In this document: positions 16,238 to 25,976 of the stretch, one piece after another
How positions within the stretch are numbered: position 1 is the stretch's first letter
Layout of the letters: every line of letters begins with the position of its first letter
Virus record (IMG/VR): IMGVR_UViG_3300016675_000632
Coordinates: 1,010-65,009 of that record
Source of the DNA: a virus
Strand: one strand, 5' to 3'
Length of the DNA stretch: 64,000 nucleotides
Notes under the pieces: model-generated
Seen by the model: only the letters and a program-made list of their open reading frames with translations
Told to the model about the DNA's origin: nothing
Database searches by the model: none
Translations under genes and position numbers: made by a program

Positions 16238-16702
16238 ATGTCTAAAAAATTTAATCTTGCCCTATTGATGCGCCAAATTATTAAGGCGATGCGCGGGTTT
16301 AATGACTTTGCTCCAGCTATTGGAGAAGATAAAAAAATCACAGAAAATCAACTATGTGAGCGGCTTATCGCATTAGGTTATTCAAAAGTGCCTAATAACT
16401 CGCATATTTGCGATGCTATCCGAGATATTCGGCATTTATACCTAAATAAGCCAAAGTTTGAAAACGGCGTTTATTTTTGGCTAATTAGCGGCGATGATGA
16501 AATGGGCTTGCCGTTTGAATTTCGAGCTACTGTGTTTGATTTTGTGGCTGGCGATAAATTTGGTAGATATTTAGCCGAAACCGAAGATGAGCTAACCAAA
16601 TACCAAAATTTGCGCTATGCAGATGCAGCCAACCAAAAGAAAAACGGCAACGCTGCGGGATATGCAGCTAATTTTTTAGCCCTCCAAAACCGCCCAAAAT
16701 AA
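16238..16702 (+). CDS. Hypothetical protein
   Basis: ORF track; TTGCAAC-N16-CGTAAA upstream at 16179-16207. Confidence 0.75.
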   Translation: MSKKFNLALLMRQIIKAMRGFNDFAPAIGEDKKITENQLCERLIALGYSKVPNNSHICDAIRDIRHLYLNKPKFENGVYFWLISGDDEMGLPFEFRATVFDFVAGDKFGRYLAETEDELTKYQNLRYADAANQKKNGNAAGYAANFLALQNRPK

Positions 16703-16705
16703 GCT

Positions 16706-17608
16706 ATGCAACCAACAAAATTTTGGCACGAACTCACCGAACAGCAGCAGCATTTTTTGACCCTTTTGGCATCGGGCGAAGAGGCAAACATAGAGCTTGC
16801 AAAGCAGTTGCTTTTATCTTTGCTTCGGGAGCAGTACGGCGAGGATTACCTTGCGGGAGTTGATTGTTTGAGCGAGCCGCAAAACAAAGCAGAAACGGAG
16901 TTGATAGCCAAATTTGAGAACCACCAACAAGATTTTTTTGCAAACGTTGGCTTGCCCACAGCTATATTGCCAAATGCTTTGTCTTTTTTAGAACTTTCTA
17001 AAAGTCTAACTAACTTTAGCTGCTCACGCGGTTACGTTTGGCAAGGTAATAGCGAAAAAAATAAATACATATATTACCCGCCATTTCAAAGCTATAATAA
17101 TAGCGATAGCATATCAGCATATAAAGCAAATTCTATCGCTATGCGCATTGAATTAGAAGGCTTTAGCGCGTTTTTATCTTACCCTTTTGGGTATGAGGGT
17201 TCAATAATTTTTACTTTTGTTATCAATAAGCGCAGCCCGCTATGGGTTATTATAGGGCTATGTTGCGAATTATCAGAAATTAACCCTACTATTATTTTCC
17301 GATTTACTACAGAAAAAGTAAGTATATTGCAAAAAATAAAGCTTTTAGACCACGAAAAAGTATTGGGTATTTTGTCGGAATGCCCAACACAAAAAGGTTG
17401 GCTAATGAACGTAGAAGATGTTACGCCTATGCTTTTGCACGGCCGCGAGCCAATGCCCAACCCCGATTATCTTGTTTTACAAAACACTTGCTTTTATGTG
17501 CGTAAGTATTCAAACGGCGCAACTAATCCTGCTCAAGGTTGGCTTGATATTTTAGTCGCCAGCCCCGAATGGAAAGAACGCAATTTAACCTATAAATTTA
17601 TTGATTAG
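16706..17608 (+). CDS. Hypothetical protein; N-terminus paralogous to 17611
   Basis: WHELTEQQQHFLTLL...LLSLLREQY...YLAGVDC. Confidence 0.8.
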   Translation: MQPTKFWHELTEQQQHFLTLLASGEEANIELAKQLLLSLLREQYGEDYLAGVDCLSEPQNKAETELIAKFENHQQDFFANVGLPTAILPNALSFLELSKSLTNFSCSRGYVWQGNSEKNKYIYYPPFQSYNNSDSISAYKANSIAMRIELEGFSAFLSYPFGYEGSIIFTFVINKRSPLWVIIGLCCELSEINPTIIFRFTTEKVSILQKIKLLDHEKVLGILSECPTQKGWLMNVEDVTPMLLHGREPMPNPDYLVLQNTCFYVRKYSNGATNPAQGWLDILVASPEWKERNLTYKFID

Positions 17609-17610
17609 CT

Positions 17611-18669
17611 ATGCCGAAAAATTGGAACGAACTAACAGAATTTGAGCAGCAAATTATAACTTTTTTGACAGCAGCCAGCCCTGATGTAGAAACGGCTAAA
17701 ATGCTATTTTTGGGATATTTGCGGGAACAACAAAACGACCCCTATTATCTTTCTGCGATTGGCTGCTGTAGTGAAGAGGAAGCCAACAAGGGCGGGTCTA
17801 TACAAAGAGGTCTTGCGCTGGCAGCTTACGACGAACTCAAGCGGAAAGAAAAAGAATTTTTGAAGCCCATTTTTGATGAATTTTCAAATTTTAGTGAATT
17901 GGCTGAATTCGCCTCTAATTTATACAGGGGAACAACAGCAAAGTTTTACGCACCTTGTATTTGGACAAACGGCGGTTCTTACCACGATGGAAATTATTAT
18001 GAAGACTTGAATAACTTGGAGCGTTTATACGAATACCCGATTTATTTAATGCAGAATAATAAGGTTCTAATTCCTGTTGCGCCCCAATACAGGCTAAAAG
18101 ATAGTGCCGAGTGTTGTTTGGTTGATTGCATTGAAAGGGCAGCATATTATCACCCTAATTTACATTTTTTCTTTCCAAATTTACATCAATTGCATTATAT
18201 TTTTGATAATCAATTTAGATGCAAATTTCCCGAACAATCGCCCGTTATCAATTTATTAGTGATTTATCGCTCAGAATATAGGCTAAAAGACGGCATTACT
18301 GCTGCTGGCTTTTTAGCTGAATTTTCTAATATGCTCTACTCGCTGTTTGATTTCCACAAAGAACGTTATGGTTTTTTAGATTTTGACCATACCATACCAA
18401 AGGCATTATCGCAGCCAAAAACTATGAATGCGGCGGAAATGGACAAACTAACAAATAGAATAGTTCGCCCAGATTTAATCCCAGCTTATTACACACTAAA
18501 AGAATATAAAAGTTTTTGGCGGTTTAATTTTGTTATTGAAAAACATTTTTTGCTGCATAACACCCTTAGCAATAAAGATTTTCAAGATAACGCAAACGCT
18601 ATAATGCAAAAACTCGCTAAAGATTTGCATTTTGACCACTATCAAATAACCTATGAAATCATTGTATAG
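17611..18669 (+). CDS. Hypothetical protein; N-terminus paralogous to 16706
   Basis: WNELTEFEQQIITFL...FLGYLREQQ...YLSAIGC. Confidence 0.8.
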   Translation: MPKNWNELTEFEQQIITFLTAASPDVETAKMLFLGYLREQQNDPYYLSAIGCCSEEEANKGGSIQRGLALAAYDELKRKEKEFLKPIFDEFSNFSELAEFASNLYRGTTAKFYAPCIWTNGGSYHDGNYYEDLNNLERLYEYPIYLMQNNKVLIPVAPQYRLKDSAECCLVDCIERAAYYHPNLHFFFPNLHQLHYIFDNQFRCKFPEQSPVINLLVIYRSEYRLKDGITAAGFLAEFSNMLYSLFDFHKERYGFLDFDHTIPKALSQPKTMNAAEMDKLTNRIVRPDLIPAYYTLKEYKSFWRFNFVIEKHFLLHNTLSNKDFQDNANAIMQKLAKDLHFDHYQITYEIIV

Positions 18670-18671
18670 CT

Positions 18672-19379
18672 ATGCCAAACCCAATTATAACCCAGCCCCT
18701 GCTGTTTGGGGCTGGCTCGCCCACACTACCCAACGACCACACTCCAGCTACAGCGCAAATTGTATCAAGCAAACATAAAAGCCGCAATATAGAGAGCATA
18801 AAAACTATAAAAAGGCACTTGCCAAATTATTTTTCTGTAGATGCTTTTATAGGGGGATTTTCGCTCTTTGCGCTGAATAAGAAAAATTTTGACCCGCACC
18901 CTCCAGCGCATATCTACCAAAGCGCAATGGTAAATAGTTCTTGGTATGAATATCATTTGACAGATTTACTACAAGCCACGCGCCAACCCGCCCAAAATCT
19001 ACTTGCTAAGATGCGCCAAAGTTACGGCTATTTGGCAGTAGAAAAAGCCAATCAATGGTATAACGCCAAGCAAGAAATTGATAAACTGTATCAACTCTAT
19101 AGCTCAACGGACGACGACCCAAACCACCCCAACAAGCTGTTAGCCGATAGTCTTGTGAAGGTTGTTTTTGGATATTCTAATTTTTGGGCTGATTATCATA
19201 AACGGTTCGTAAGGCAATCGGTAGCCCTTTATGGTAACGTTTTTAACCAAATAGAAACCATAACCCGATATTTAGAACTTTTGGACACGCTGCCCGAATA
19301 TGAGCATTTGCCCGAAGCGCAACGGGACGAACAATTGCGCGTTATTTTTTCTGATTATTTAAACCTTAAAATTGTATAA
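18672..19379 (+). CDS. Degenerate Dam-like (D12 class) methyltransferase N-terminal half; no DPPY motif
   Basis: HKSR...HLPNYFSVDAFIGGFSLF resembles Dam motifs X/I. Confidence 0.4.
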   Translation: MPNPIITQPLLFGAGSPTLPNDHTPATAQIVSSKHKSRNIESIKTIKRHLPNYFSVDAFIGGFSLFALNKKNFDPHPPAHIYQSAMVNSSWYEYHLTDLLQATRQPAQNLLAKMRQSYGYLAVEKANQWYNAKQEIDKLYQLYSSTDDDPNHPNKLLADSLVKVVFGYSNFWADYHKRFVRQSVALYGNVFNQIETITRYLELLDTLPEYEHLPEAQRDEQLRVIFSDYLNLKIV

Positions 19380-19382
19380 ACA

Positions 19383-19925
19383 ATGTACGACTTACAAATT
19401 CCAACGCGGACCGAATTAAGCAAATTAAACAACAAATTTGCCGATAAAACCCGCGATGAATTACGCGCTGAATATATGGAGTTGATAAAATTGCCAACCC
19501 TGCGGACGCTTTACAATAACGAAAATGAAAAAGTGGCTGCCCACCAATACGCTGTTAGAACTTGGGAAACCGCAGAAAGCCAAAAATTTATAACCGACTT
19601 TTGCTTTTGGTTTTGCGATAAATATGTCCAAAAATTCCAAGAAATTATAAATTTTATGGTTTTGCATAAAATCAAAGTTTGGTCTTCGTTTTTTGAAGAT
19701 GAGCGATTGCGCGGTCAGTTCATTTTTTCTATTGATGATTACAAGTTCCTAAAATGTGGCTACTCAATAAACTATCTCACAACGGTAGAAAGGGAAAGAT
19801 TGAATTATTTGATATTCCCTTTTTCTGAACTTCGCCCTTTTGGGGATAGCTCGCAAACCAAAGCTACTAACGAAGTAATAGCTTTTTTTGTATCATTTTT
19901 CACGCCCAAAAAATCCGAATTATAA
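19383..19925 (+). CDS. Hypothetical protein
   Basis: ORF track. Confidence 0.75.
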   Translation: MYDLQIPTRTELSKLNNKFADKTRDELRAEYMELIKLPTLRTLYNNENEKVAAHQYAVRTWETAESQKFITDFCFWFCDKYVQKFQEIINFMVLHKIKVWSSFFEDERLRGQFIFSIDDYKFLKCGYSINYLTTVERERLNYLIFPFSELRPFGDSSQTKATNEVIAFFVSFFTPKKSEL

Positions 19926-19929
19926 TCCT

Positions 19930-20631
19930 ATGCACAACGAAAACGACCAACTGCTGCTGCAAATTCGCGAGCAGGAAAAACCCTCTATAAGAGGCAATAA
20001 TTATCACCTTTGGCTACTTTGCGCCGCTCGCAATCAACCGTTTTTTACGGGCGTTGTCGCTAATTATTGGGCAGATATAGCCTTTTGCCAAGTAACCGAA
20101 AATAGCTTTAAAAAGGCTAATTTTAGCCGATTTGGTAAAGATAGGCGCAGTTTGCGTATAGGCTCAATATCGGACGGCTTGTATTGCGCCGAAGTTCGTT
20201 TCACTCGCCGCGAAGATAAAAACGTTATAGAAATCTACTTTGCGGGACGGCTCACGCGCACCATCACCGAATTTGCCGAGTGGAAATCGTACTGCAAAAA
20301 TTGGTTTTTAGAAAATTCTTTTGCTGGCGACTTTTGGAACGCTTACCGAATCTTGCGAGCCAACTCCAGCGATGACCCAAGAATGAGGGGAAAAGTTGGC
20401 GATGAGGTTGTAATTTGGGACGTAACCCAACAAGTTGAATTTCGTTCTAATTTGTACGGTTGGGGCGCACTTTCGCAGCAGGATTTCCAAACTTGCACCA
20501 TTTGGCAGGTTTTATCAATAAACGGCTGCTTGGCTGAATGTGCCACACTCGCGCCCAACGGCAATAGCATCAAAGAAACTTTTTATACTTGCGAATTTGG
20601 CAAGGTTTTTAGCGATGAAATAATAGAATAA
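19930..20631 (+). CDS. Hypothetical protein
   Basis: ORF track (19888); ATG at 19930 preferred. Confidence 0.75.
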   Translation: MHNENDQLLLQIREQEKPSIRGNNYHLWLLCAARNQPFFTGVVANYWADIAFCQVTENSFKKANFSRFGKDRRSLRIGSISDGLYCAEVRFTRREDKNVIEIYFAGRLTRTITEFAEWKSYCKNWFLENSFAGDFWNAYRILRANSSDDPRMRGKVGDEVVIWDVTQQVEFRSNLYGWGALSQQDFQTCTIWQVLSINGCLAECATLAPNGNSIKETFYTCEFGKVFSDEIIE

Positions 20632-21350
20632 TGGTAACACTAAACGAAGCTATAGCTGAATACTCTTGCTTATCTATAATGCGCGAGTTGGAGCCACTTT
20701 TCCCAAATAATTGTTTTCTTATCAATCCGCCTTATTTATCTGCGCCAAACATAGCTATAAATTATGCGTTAAAATTTTTAGACAACGCCAAAGATGAGCT
20801 TGTGGCTATCTTGGTTCAAAGTCAGGTAGGTTGGGGTAAAACAAAGAAAACGAATGTAGCTATATTAGAAAAACATACGCTTGTGGCTTCTGTAAAAATG
20901 CCGCCCGATTTATTTCTAAATAAGCTACCAACGCATATTTTCGTATTTAAGCCAAACCGCCCGCATCACAACGATGACGTTGTTAAATTTATCAATTTTA
21001 GCGATGATGGCTATAAACGCAATACACGTAAGCGGGCAAAAATACACCTAATCAACGGCGGGCAAGGCAAACAACGCTATAAAGAATTAGCTAATTTGTT
21101 ACAATTTGGCAAATCCCACCTTAGCATTTTTACAGAAAAAGAATACTATGAGGGCGAAATTGACGTTTCTTTAGGTTCAGATTGGAACCAGACCGCGCCT
21201 ATAGATACCCGCCCAACGTTGGCAGATTTTAGAAAAACGGTTCGCGATTATATGAGTTCGCAAGGCTGCGGTAGTATTCAGCAAATAATTTTAGACGCGT
21301 TTAAATACGCTCGCGATTCGCCCATTGAGTTGCCAAACAAAAAAGAATAA
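20631..21350 (+). CDS. N6-adenine methyltransferase C-terminal half (type I/IIG N6_Mtase-like); motif I missing
   Basis: LINPPY (motif IV), VASVKMPPDLF, THIFVF, FINFSDDGY, DFRKTVRDY; no upstream FxGxG. Confidence 0.7.
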   Translation: MVTLNEAIAEYSCLSIMRELEPLFPNNCFLINPPYLSAPNIAINYALKFLDNAKDELVAILVQSQVGWGKTKKTNVAILEKHTLVASVKMPPDLFLNKLPTHIFVFKPNRPHHNDDVVKFINFSDDGYKRNTRKRAKIHLINGGQGKQRYKELANLLQFGKSHLSIFTEKEYYEGEIDVSLGSDWNQTAPIDTRPTLADFRKTVRDYMSSQGCGSIQQIILDAFKYARDSPIELPNKKE

Positions 21351-21358
21351 CCCCCAAC

Positions 21359-21384
21359 GCCCCGCATCAAATGCGGGGCTTTTT
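21359..21384 (+). terminator. Intrinsic terminator
   Basis: GCCCCGCAT/ATGCGGGGC plus T5. Confidence 0.8.
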
Positions 21385-21485
21385 CATTTATTTTTGCCCA
21401 AATTTTGCATTATTTTATAATTTTTGTATCTTTGTGCAACCTTTTCATAGATAAGCCCGTATAAGCCTAAAAAATACAAAAATAA

Positions 21486-22061
21486 ATGAATTATCCTTAT
21501 ACAGTCGTTATTGCCACGTCCAAAAAAAACGAAGATACCGAAGAGGTAGAAAAATATCATCAAGTCTATAAATCGCACCCCAGCGAGGTTTTTTTTGACA
21601 TAGAAGATGCTAAAGATTTTGCCCAAGAATTTCTAAAGAAAAAGGCAGAAAAAAGAGTTATAGAGCCGCGACCTCACCGCTTATTGCCCGTTGTTCGCAT
21701 TGGCAATAAAACAGAGCGAGAGTTCAAAATTCACCCAGCACACAAAAAAAGGCAAAAGTCCGAATATGATAGCGATACTTGCCGCTATTCGTTTATAACG
21801 ACTTCTTTAATTAGGATTGAGCCTGTAGCCACAAGTGGGCTTGCGTATTGGGATTTTCACCAAGACTATGTTTATATTTTGCCTGTTGGCTTTGAGCCTG
21901 CCTTTATTAGGCTTTTCCGCTTACAAAATAAAGTAACTGTATTATCCGAAAGCACGACCAAGTTATTGCGAGATGCAGCCGAAAAATCAAAAAAAGATAA
22001 TCATAATTGGGTAGTAAAAAGCCCAAAAAATAAAGACGGGGAAGAACCCGCCGAAGTATAA
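21486..22061 (+). CDS. Hypothetical protein in a stand-alone (moron-like) unit
   Basis: ORF track; own promoters TATCTTTG (21427-34) and TGCAAC-N17-CGTATA (21435-63). Confidence 0.75.
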   Translation: MNYPYTVVIATSKKNEDTEEVEKYHQVYKSHPSEVFFDIEDAKDFAQEFLKKKAEKRVIEPRPHRLLPVVRIGNKTEREFKIHPAHKKRQKSEYDSDTCRYSFITTSLIRIEPVATSGLAYWDFHQDYVYILPVGFEPAFIRLFRLQNKVTVLSESTTKLLRDAAEKSKKDNHNWVVKSPKNKDGEEPAEV

Positions 22062-22277
22062 CTGACATACTAAATAAAGAAATTTGTACGAAAGACTGCT
22101 GACCAGCAGACACCCCCAACAAGTTGAACAATTTGTTGCACACTAAATTAAATTGTTATTAAAATACGAAGCCCAATGTAAAAAATTGGGCTTTTTTGTT
22201 TTTTCTTGTTGCAAAAAGCGGGTTTTTGTTGCAACAATTAACATTTTTTGCGATTTTTCGCACTTTTTCAACCCGAA

Positions 22278-22415
22278 CCCTTGCGCAGAAAAAATAAAGT
22301 TTATACCTTTGTTGCAACAAATGCAAAAGATAACACAAAAAATAAAAAAAGTACTAAAAAAAGTACATTTTTTTTACAAAATTTGCAACCTTTTGTATTC
22401 GTTACCGTATAATAT
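22278..22415 (+). promoter_or_regulatory. ~140-bp promoter cassette, copy 3 (inverted relative to copies 1 and 2)
   Basis: Reverse complement of 8080-8218; similarity to copy 1 extends on both sides. Confidence 0.85.
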
Positions 22416-22446
22416 CACATATTTATAACAATTTAATTTTACGATT

Positions 22447-22806
22447 ATGCACTGCTATAGAAACGATGCGCCAACTTTGCGCCAACTAACATTCAAAAAT
22501 ACTACTTTTGATGTTAAAACTCTTGTTTTTACGGGCAAATGCCCCATAACAGGGGAAAATACCTACGATGTAACAGAAGAAAGCGTAACCATCAAAAAAT
22601 TTACCGCTTACTTTACGGAAAAGCAAATCGGGAACGACCCCGACGGCGAAGAATTTGAATTGAGATGCGAAGAAGTTGGTATAAATGATGACAACGAAGA
22701 ATTGCATCAAAACGCCGACCTAATTGAACAACTCAAGGCACACGCTCAAGACAACGCCGACGACCTTTACGAGGGGCAATTCCCAGAACATTATTACAAC
22801 GACTAA
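22447..22806 (+). CDS. Acidic hypothetical protein
   Basis: ORF track; first gene after cassette 3. Confidence 0.75.
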   Translation: MHCYRNDAPTLRQLTFKNTTFDVKTLVFTGKCPITGENTYDVTEESVTIKKFTAYFTEKQIGNDPDGEEFELRCEEVGINDDNEELHQNADLIEQLKAHAQDNADDLYEGQFPEHYYND

Positions 22807-22862
22807 TTTTTTTTCATTCACCCTTGCGGGGCTAACTACCCCGCTTTTTCTTTATTTTTGAT

Positions 22863-23321
22863 ATGCAAAATGTTTTATTTTCTTTTGAGGGCAAAACTAT
22901 AGCCCAGCTTCGCGCCCAATACCAAACCTTGTTAAGCCCAGCCGCTACCGAAGTATGCACCGAAACGGGCAAAGAGGTAGCAATTGACCGCCAAAACGAC
23001 GACAGCGAGCAGTTTGTTAGCCAATTTGCGGCTTATTTGTTCGGCGAGTGCCAAGCCAAAAAAGACCCGATAATTAGCTTTTTACTAAAAAATGATGCGC
23101 AACTTACGGGCAATGATGGAAGATTGCGCTTTTTTATCTCTAAAAACCTCCAAGTTGAATGTATCGTTTGCCCCAATTTTGACTATAAAATTTGTTTTGC
23201 TGATAATTACGGCGGCTGTTTAGATACCGAAACGGAGTGGATAGCAAACGGCAGCGACAAAGGCGAATTTATACAGGCGACAAGCCTTTTCTTTCACCAA
23301 TTTTTGGAATATAACGACTAA
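22863..23321 (+). CDS. Hypothetical protein
   Basis: ORF track. Confidence 0.75.
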   Translation: MQNVLFSFEGKTIAQLRAQYQTLLSPAATEVCTETGKEVAIDRQNDDSEQFVSQFAAYLFGECQAKKDPIISFLLKNDAQLTGNDGRLRFFISKNLQVECIVCPNFDYKICFADNYGGCLDTETEWIANGSDKGEFIQATSLFFHQFLEYND

Positions 23322-23358
23322 TCCAACGCGGGCAAACCCCGCTTAAATTTTCAAAACT

Positions 23359-23739
23359 ATGTTAAATATCGGAAATAAATTTAAAGCTAAAACTATTGCT
23401 GATTTGCAAGTTGGCGACGTTGGCTATATTGTTACGTGGGCAATTTTTGCAGACAAAGACGGCAATGTCTATCTTGACGGCAGCCACACTGTAGATAGCA
23501 ATCCTGGAGGCACAGTAAAAATAAAAGTTGGGCGTTCTTATAGTGGCTATTGGGCAGAACTTTTTCGCTCTTATAGCGACCACCCTATCCACAAACGCGA
23601 GAAAATAATTGACCGCGTTAAAGTAGCCCCCGAAAAGTCTATACCTGTGCATTTTGACAAAAAGCCAACTATTTGGCAGGATTTACAAGCTGCTATCAAC
23701 GCGCAGGATTTGGACGGCGTTAAAACTATTTTAAAATAA
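23359..23739 (+). CDS. Hypothetical protein
   Basis: ORF track. Confidence 0.75.
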   Translation: MLNIGNKFKAKTIADLQVGDVGYIVTWAIFADKDGNVYLDGSHTVDSNPGGTVKIKVGRSYSGYWAELFRSYSDHPIHKREKIIDRVKVAPEKSIPVHFDKKPTIWQDLQAAINAQDLDGVKTILK

Positions 23740-23783
23740 CCCAATGCGCGGGTGCAATATCCCGCGCTTAAACTTTCAAAATT

Positions 23784-24113
23784 ATGAGCAAACCTCCCAA
23801 TTTTATACCGATTGCCCCTTATAACGGGAACGACCGCGCAGTTTTAGGCAATTTACTTGATGACAAACTTCGCGAAAACATTGCTGGCTATAAAACAGAA
23901 GCAAATGGTTACACTTTGTTGTTTGAGCGTACCCTTAACTCTATTATGCTTGCAATGTATTATGGTAGCGAATTTGATTTTTTTGTTCTTAACCAAGCGG
24001 GCGAAAAAATACATTGCAAAAGATTTGTAAATGGTTTTCAATTTATGAATTATTGGGAAAATTTATCTTGTTATGGCATAACCCAGACTCCAGCCCAAAT
24101 TTTAAAACTTTAA
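23784..24113 (+). CDS. Hypothetical protein
   Basis: ORF track. Confidence 0.75.
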   Translation: MSKPPNFIPIAPYNGNDRAVLGNLLDDKLRENIAGYKTEANGYTLLFERTLNSIMLAMYYGSEFDFFVLNQAGEKIHCKRFVNGFQFMNYWENLSCYGITQTPAQILKL

Positions 24114-24130
24114 TCCAACTCATCAAAACT

Positions 24131-24640
24131 ATGCACCCCACCACACCAACCCAACCCACAACAAGCGGGCAAATAGCTCAACAAACAGCTCAACCGATAG
24201 CAAACCAACAAAGCAAAGAAGTTGATTTTTCCACAATCAAAGGACAATATAAAAATCAATTGCGAGCAGACGGCAGTAGCACTGATGCAAGTAACGATTA
24301 TTTGCTTTATCTCGCCCAACAACAAGCAGCCAAATTATGCGAAAAAAATTTAGAAGTTTATAGCGTGAAAGAGGGCGCAGCCCCTTACGCTGTATCGTGC
24401 AAAGCATTGGGCGGCTTTTGGGATATTAGCTTGACCTATTGCCAAAAAATGCAAGCCCTTTGCATACACTTATGGACGGGCGCAATTATGGCAGTTGAAC
24501 TGCCTATTATATCAAAAAACGATATAACAAACAAAGATGCCTTTATTAGTTGGTTTTGCTCTTTTGGCGGGGATGAAGCTAATGGCAATTTGAACCCCGT
24601 TTTATCGTATTTTCACCAGCTTTTAACTTTTGATTTATAA
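24131..24640 (+). CDS. Hypothetical protein
   Basis: ORF track (24014); ATG at 24131 preferred. Confidence 0.7.
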   Translation: MHPTTPTQPTTSGQIAQQTAQPIANQQSKEVDFSTIKGQYKNQLRADGSSTDASNDYLLYLAQQQAAKLCEKNLEVYSVKEGAAPYAVSCKALGGFWDISLTYCQKMQALCIHLWTGAIMAVELPIISKNDITNKDAFISWFCSFGGDEANGNLNPVLSYFHQLLTFDL

Positions 24641-24670
24641 CCCGCGCGATGCGCACAAAATTTTAAAATT

Positions 24671-24961
24671 ATGATGTTTTTATTGCCTTTGGCTAACGGT
24701 AATCCTGGAGCCGCTCGTTTTTTAGCAGAAACGCAAATTTTGTTTGATGCAAATAATCCAATCGCTGATTCTATTGTTATGAAAATAACCGATTGTAATT
24801 TGCGCGGTAGTGCTTTATGGGTTCTTTACTCTGATTTATGCGGCAAAAATATGGAAAAAGTAGGCAAACTTTGCCAAGATTGCCCAAACGATATACTTAT
24901 TGATGCTTGTAGCCGACAAGACTATTCGGGCGTTGATTTGGTAAAACCTTATTTGGAATAA
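24671..24961 (+). CDS. Conserved phage hypothetical protein (GNPGA...GSALWVLYSDLC)
   Basis: ORF track; motif familiar from phage hypothetical proteins. Confidence 0.7.
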   Translation: MMFLLPLANGNPGAARFLAETQILFDANNPIADSIVMKITDCNLRGSALWVLYSDLCGKNMEKVGKLCQDCPNDILIDACSRQDYSGVDLVKPYLE

Positions 24962-25002
24962 TTAACAACCCGCGCGATGCGCACAAACAACAATTTTTTA
25001 AT

Positions 25003-25860
25003 ATGGCAAATTCATCTATTGAATGGACAAATAAAACTTGGAACGTCAGCACAGGTTGTAATAAAATATCACAAGGCTGCAAGTTTTGTTACGCAGAAGC
25101 AATGTCAAAACGCCTCAAGGCAATGGGGCAAGAGAAGTATAAAAACGGCTTTGATTTCACTATTCACGAAGACACGCTTTCAGAGCCGTACAAGTGGAAA
25201 AATCCTTGTATAATTTTCGTTAATTCAATGAGCGACCTTTTCCACGAAGAAATGCCTTTAGATTTTGTGCAAAAAGTTTTCAAAGTGATGAACGACTGCA
25301 AGCACCACACTTTCCAAGTTCTAACCAAAAGGGCGGATATTTTGGCTAAATACGCGCCATTTTTAGATTGGACGGATAACATTTGGGCAGGAGTTTCGGT
25401 GGAGAATCAAGAGCAGGCTAATGAGCGCATACCGCATCTATTGCAAACACCCGCCAAGACCAAATTTTTGAGTTGCGAGCCGTTGTTGGAAGCCATTGAT
25501 TTTAAGCGTGAAATACATTTTGAGGGGCAAGGTGCTTACGACCCCGATTATGGGTCTATCAACTATTTGACTGGGAAATGGTATGAAGCAAAATACGAAA
25601 TTACCAGCGAACACGATATTACATACCGAGAAGTCGCAGGCATTGATTGGGTAATCGTTGGGGGCGAGAGCGGGCGCGGCAAGATTCGCCCTATGCAGGA
25701 AGAATGGGCGGTGTCCATTATGAAGCAATGCAAAGCAGCCAACGTGCCGTTTTTTTTCAAACAATGGGGCGGAACGAATAAGAAAAAGACGGGGCGCGAG
25801 TTGCAAGGAGTTGTTTATAACGAGATGCCAAAACCTGTTTTAGAAAGAAGCAAATTATAA
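25003..25860 (+). CDS. Phage Gp37/Gp68 family protein (DUF5131, radical-SAM-like)
   Basis: SSIEWTNKTWN...GCNKISQGCKFCYAE, FVNSMSDLFH, FLSCEPLL, WVIVGGESG, PFFFKQWGG. Confidence 0.95.
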   Translation: MANSSIEWTNKTWNVSTGCNKISQGCKFCYAEAMSKRLKAMGQEKYKNGFDFTIHEDTLSEPYKWKNPCIIFVNSMSDLFHEEMPLDFVQKVFKVMNDCKHHTFQVLTKRADILAKYAPFLDWTDNIWAGVSVENQEQANERIPHLLQTPAKTKFLSCEPLLEAIDFKREIHFEGQGAYDPDYGSINYLTGKWYEAKYEITSEHDITYREVAGIDWVIVGGESGRGKIRPMQEEWAVSIMKQCKAANVPFFFKQWGGTNKKKTGRELQGVVYNEMPKPVLERSKL

Positions 25861-25870
25861 CCTACCACCC

Positions 25871-25898
25871 AGCGCGGCTCACCCCCGCGCTTTTTTTT
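25871..25898 (+). terminator. Intrinsic terminator
   Basis: AGCGCGG/CCGCGCT plus T run. Confidence 0.75.
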
Positions 25899-25976
25899 AT
25901 TTATTTTGTACGGATTTTGCAACAAAGTTGTTAGTTTTTCGTATATTTGCCTATTATTCACCAAAACCACCAAATT

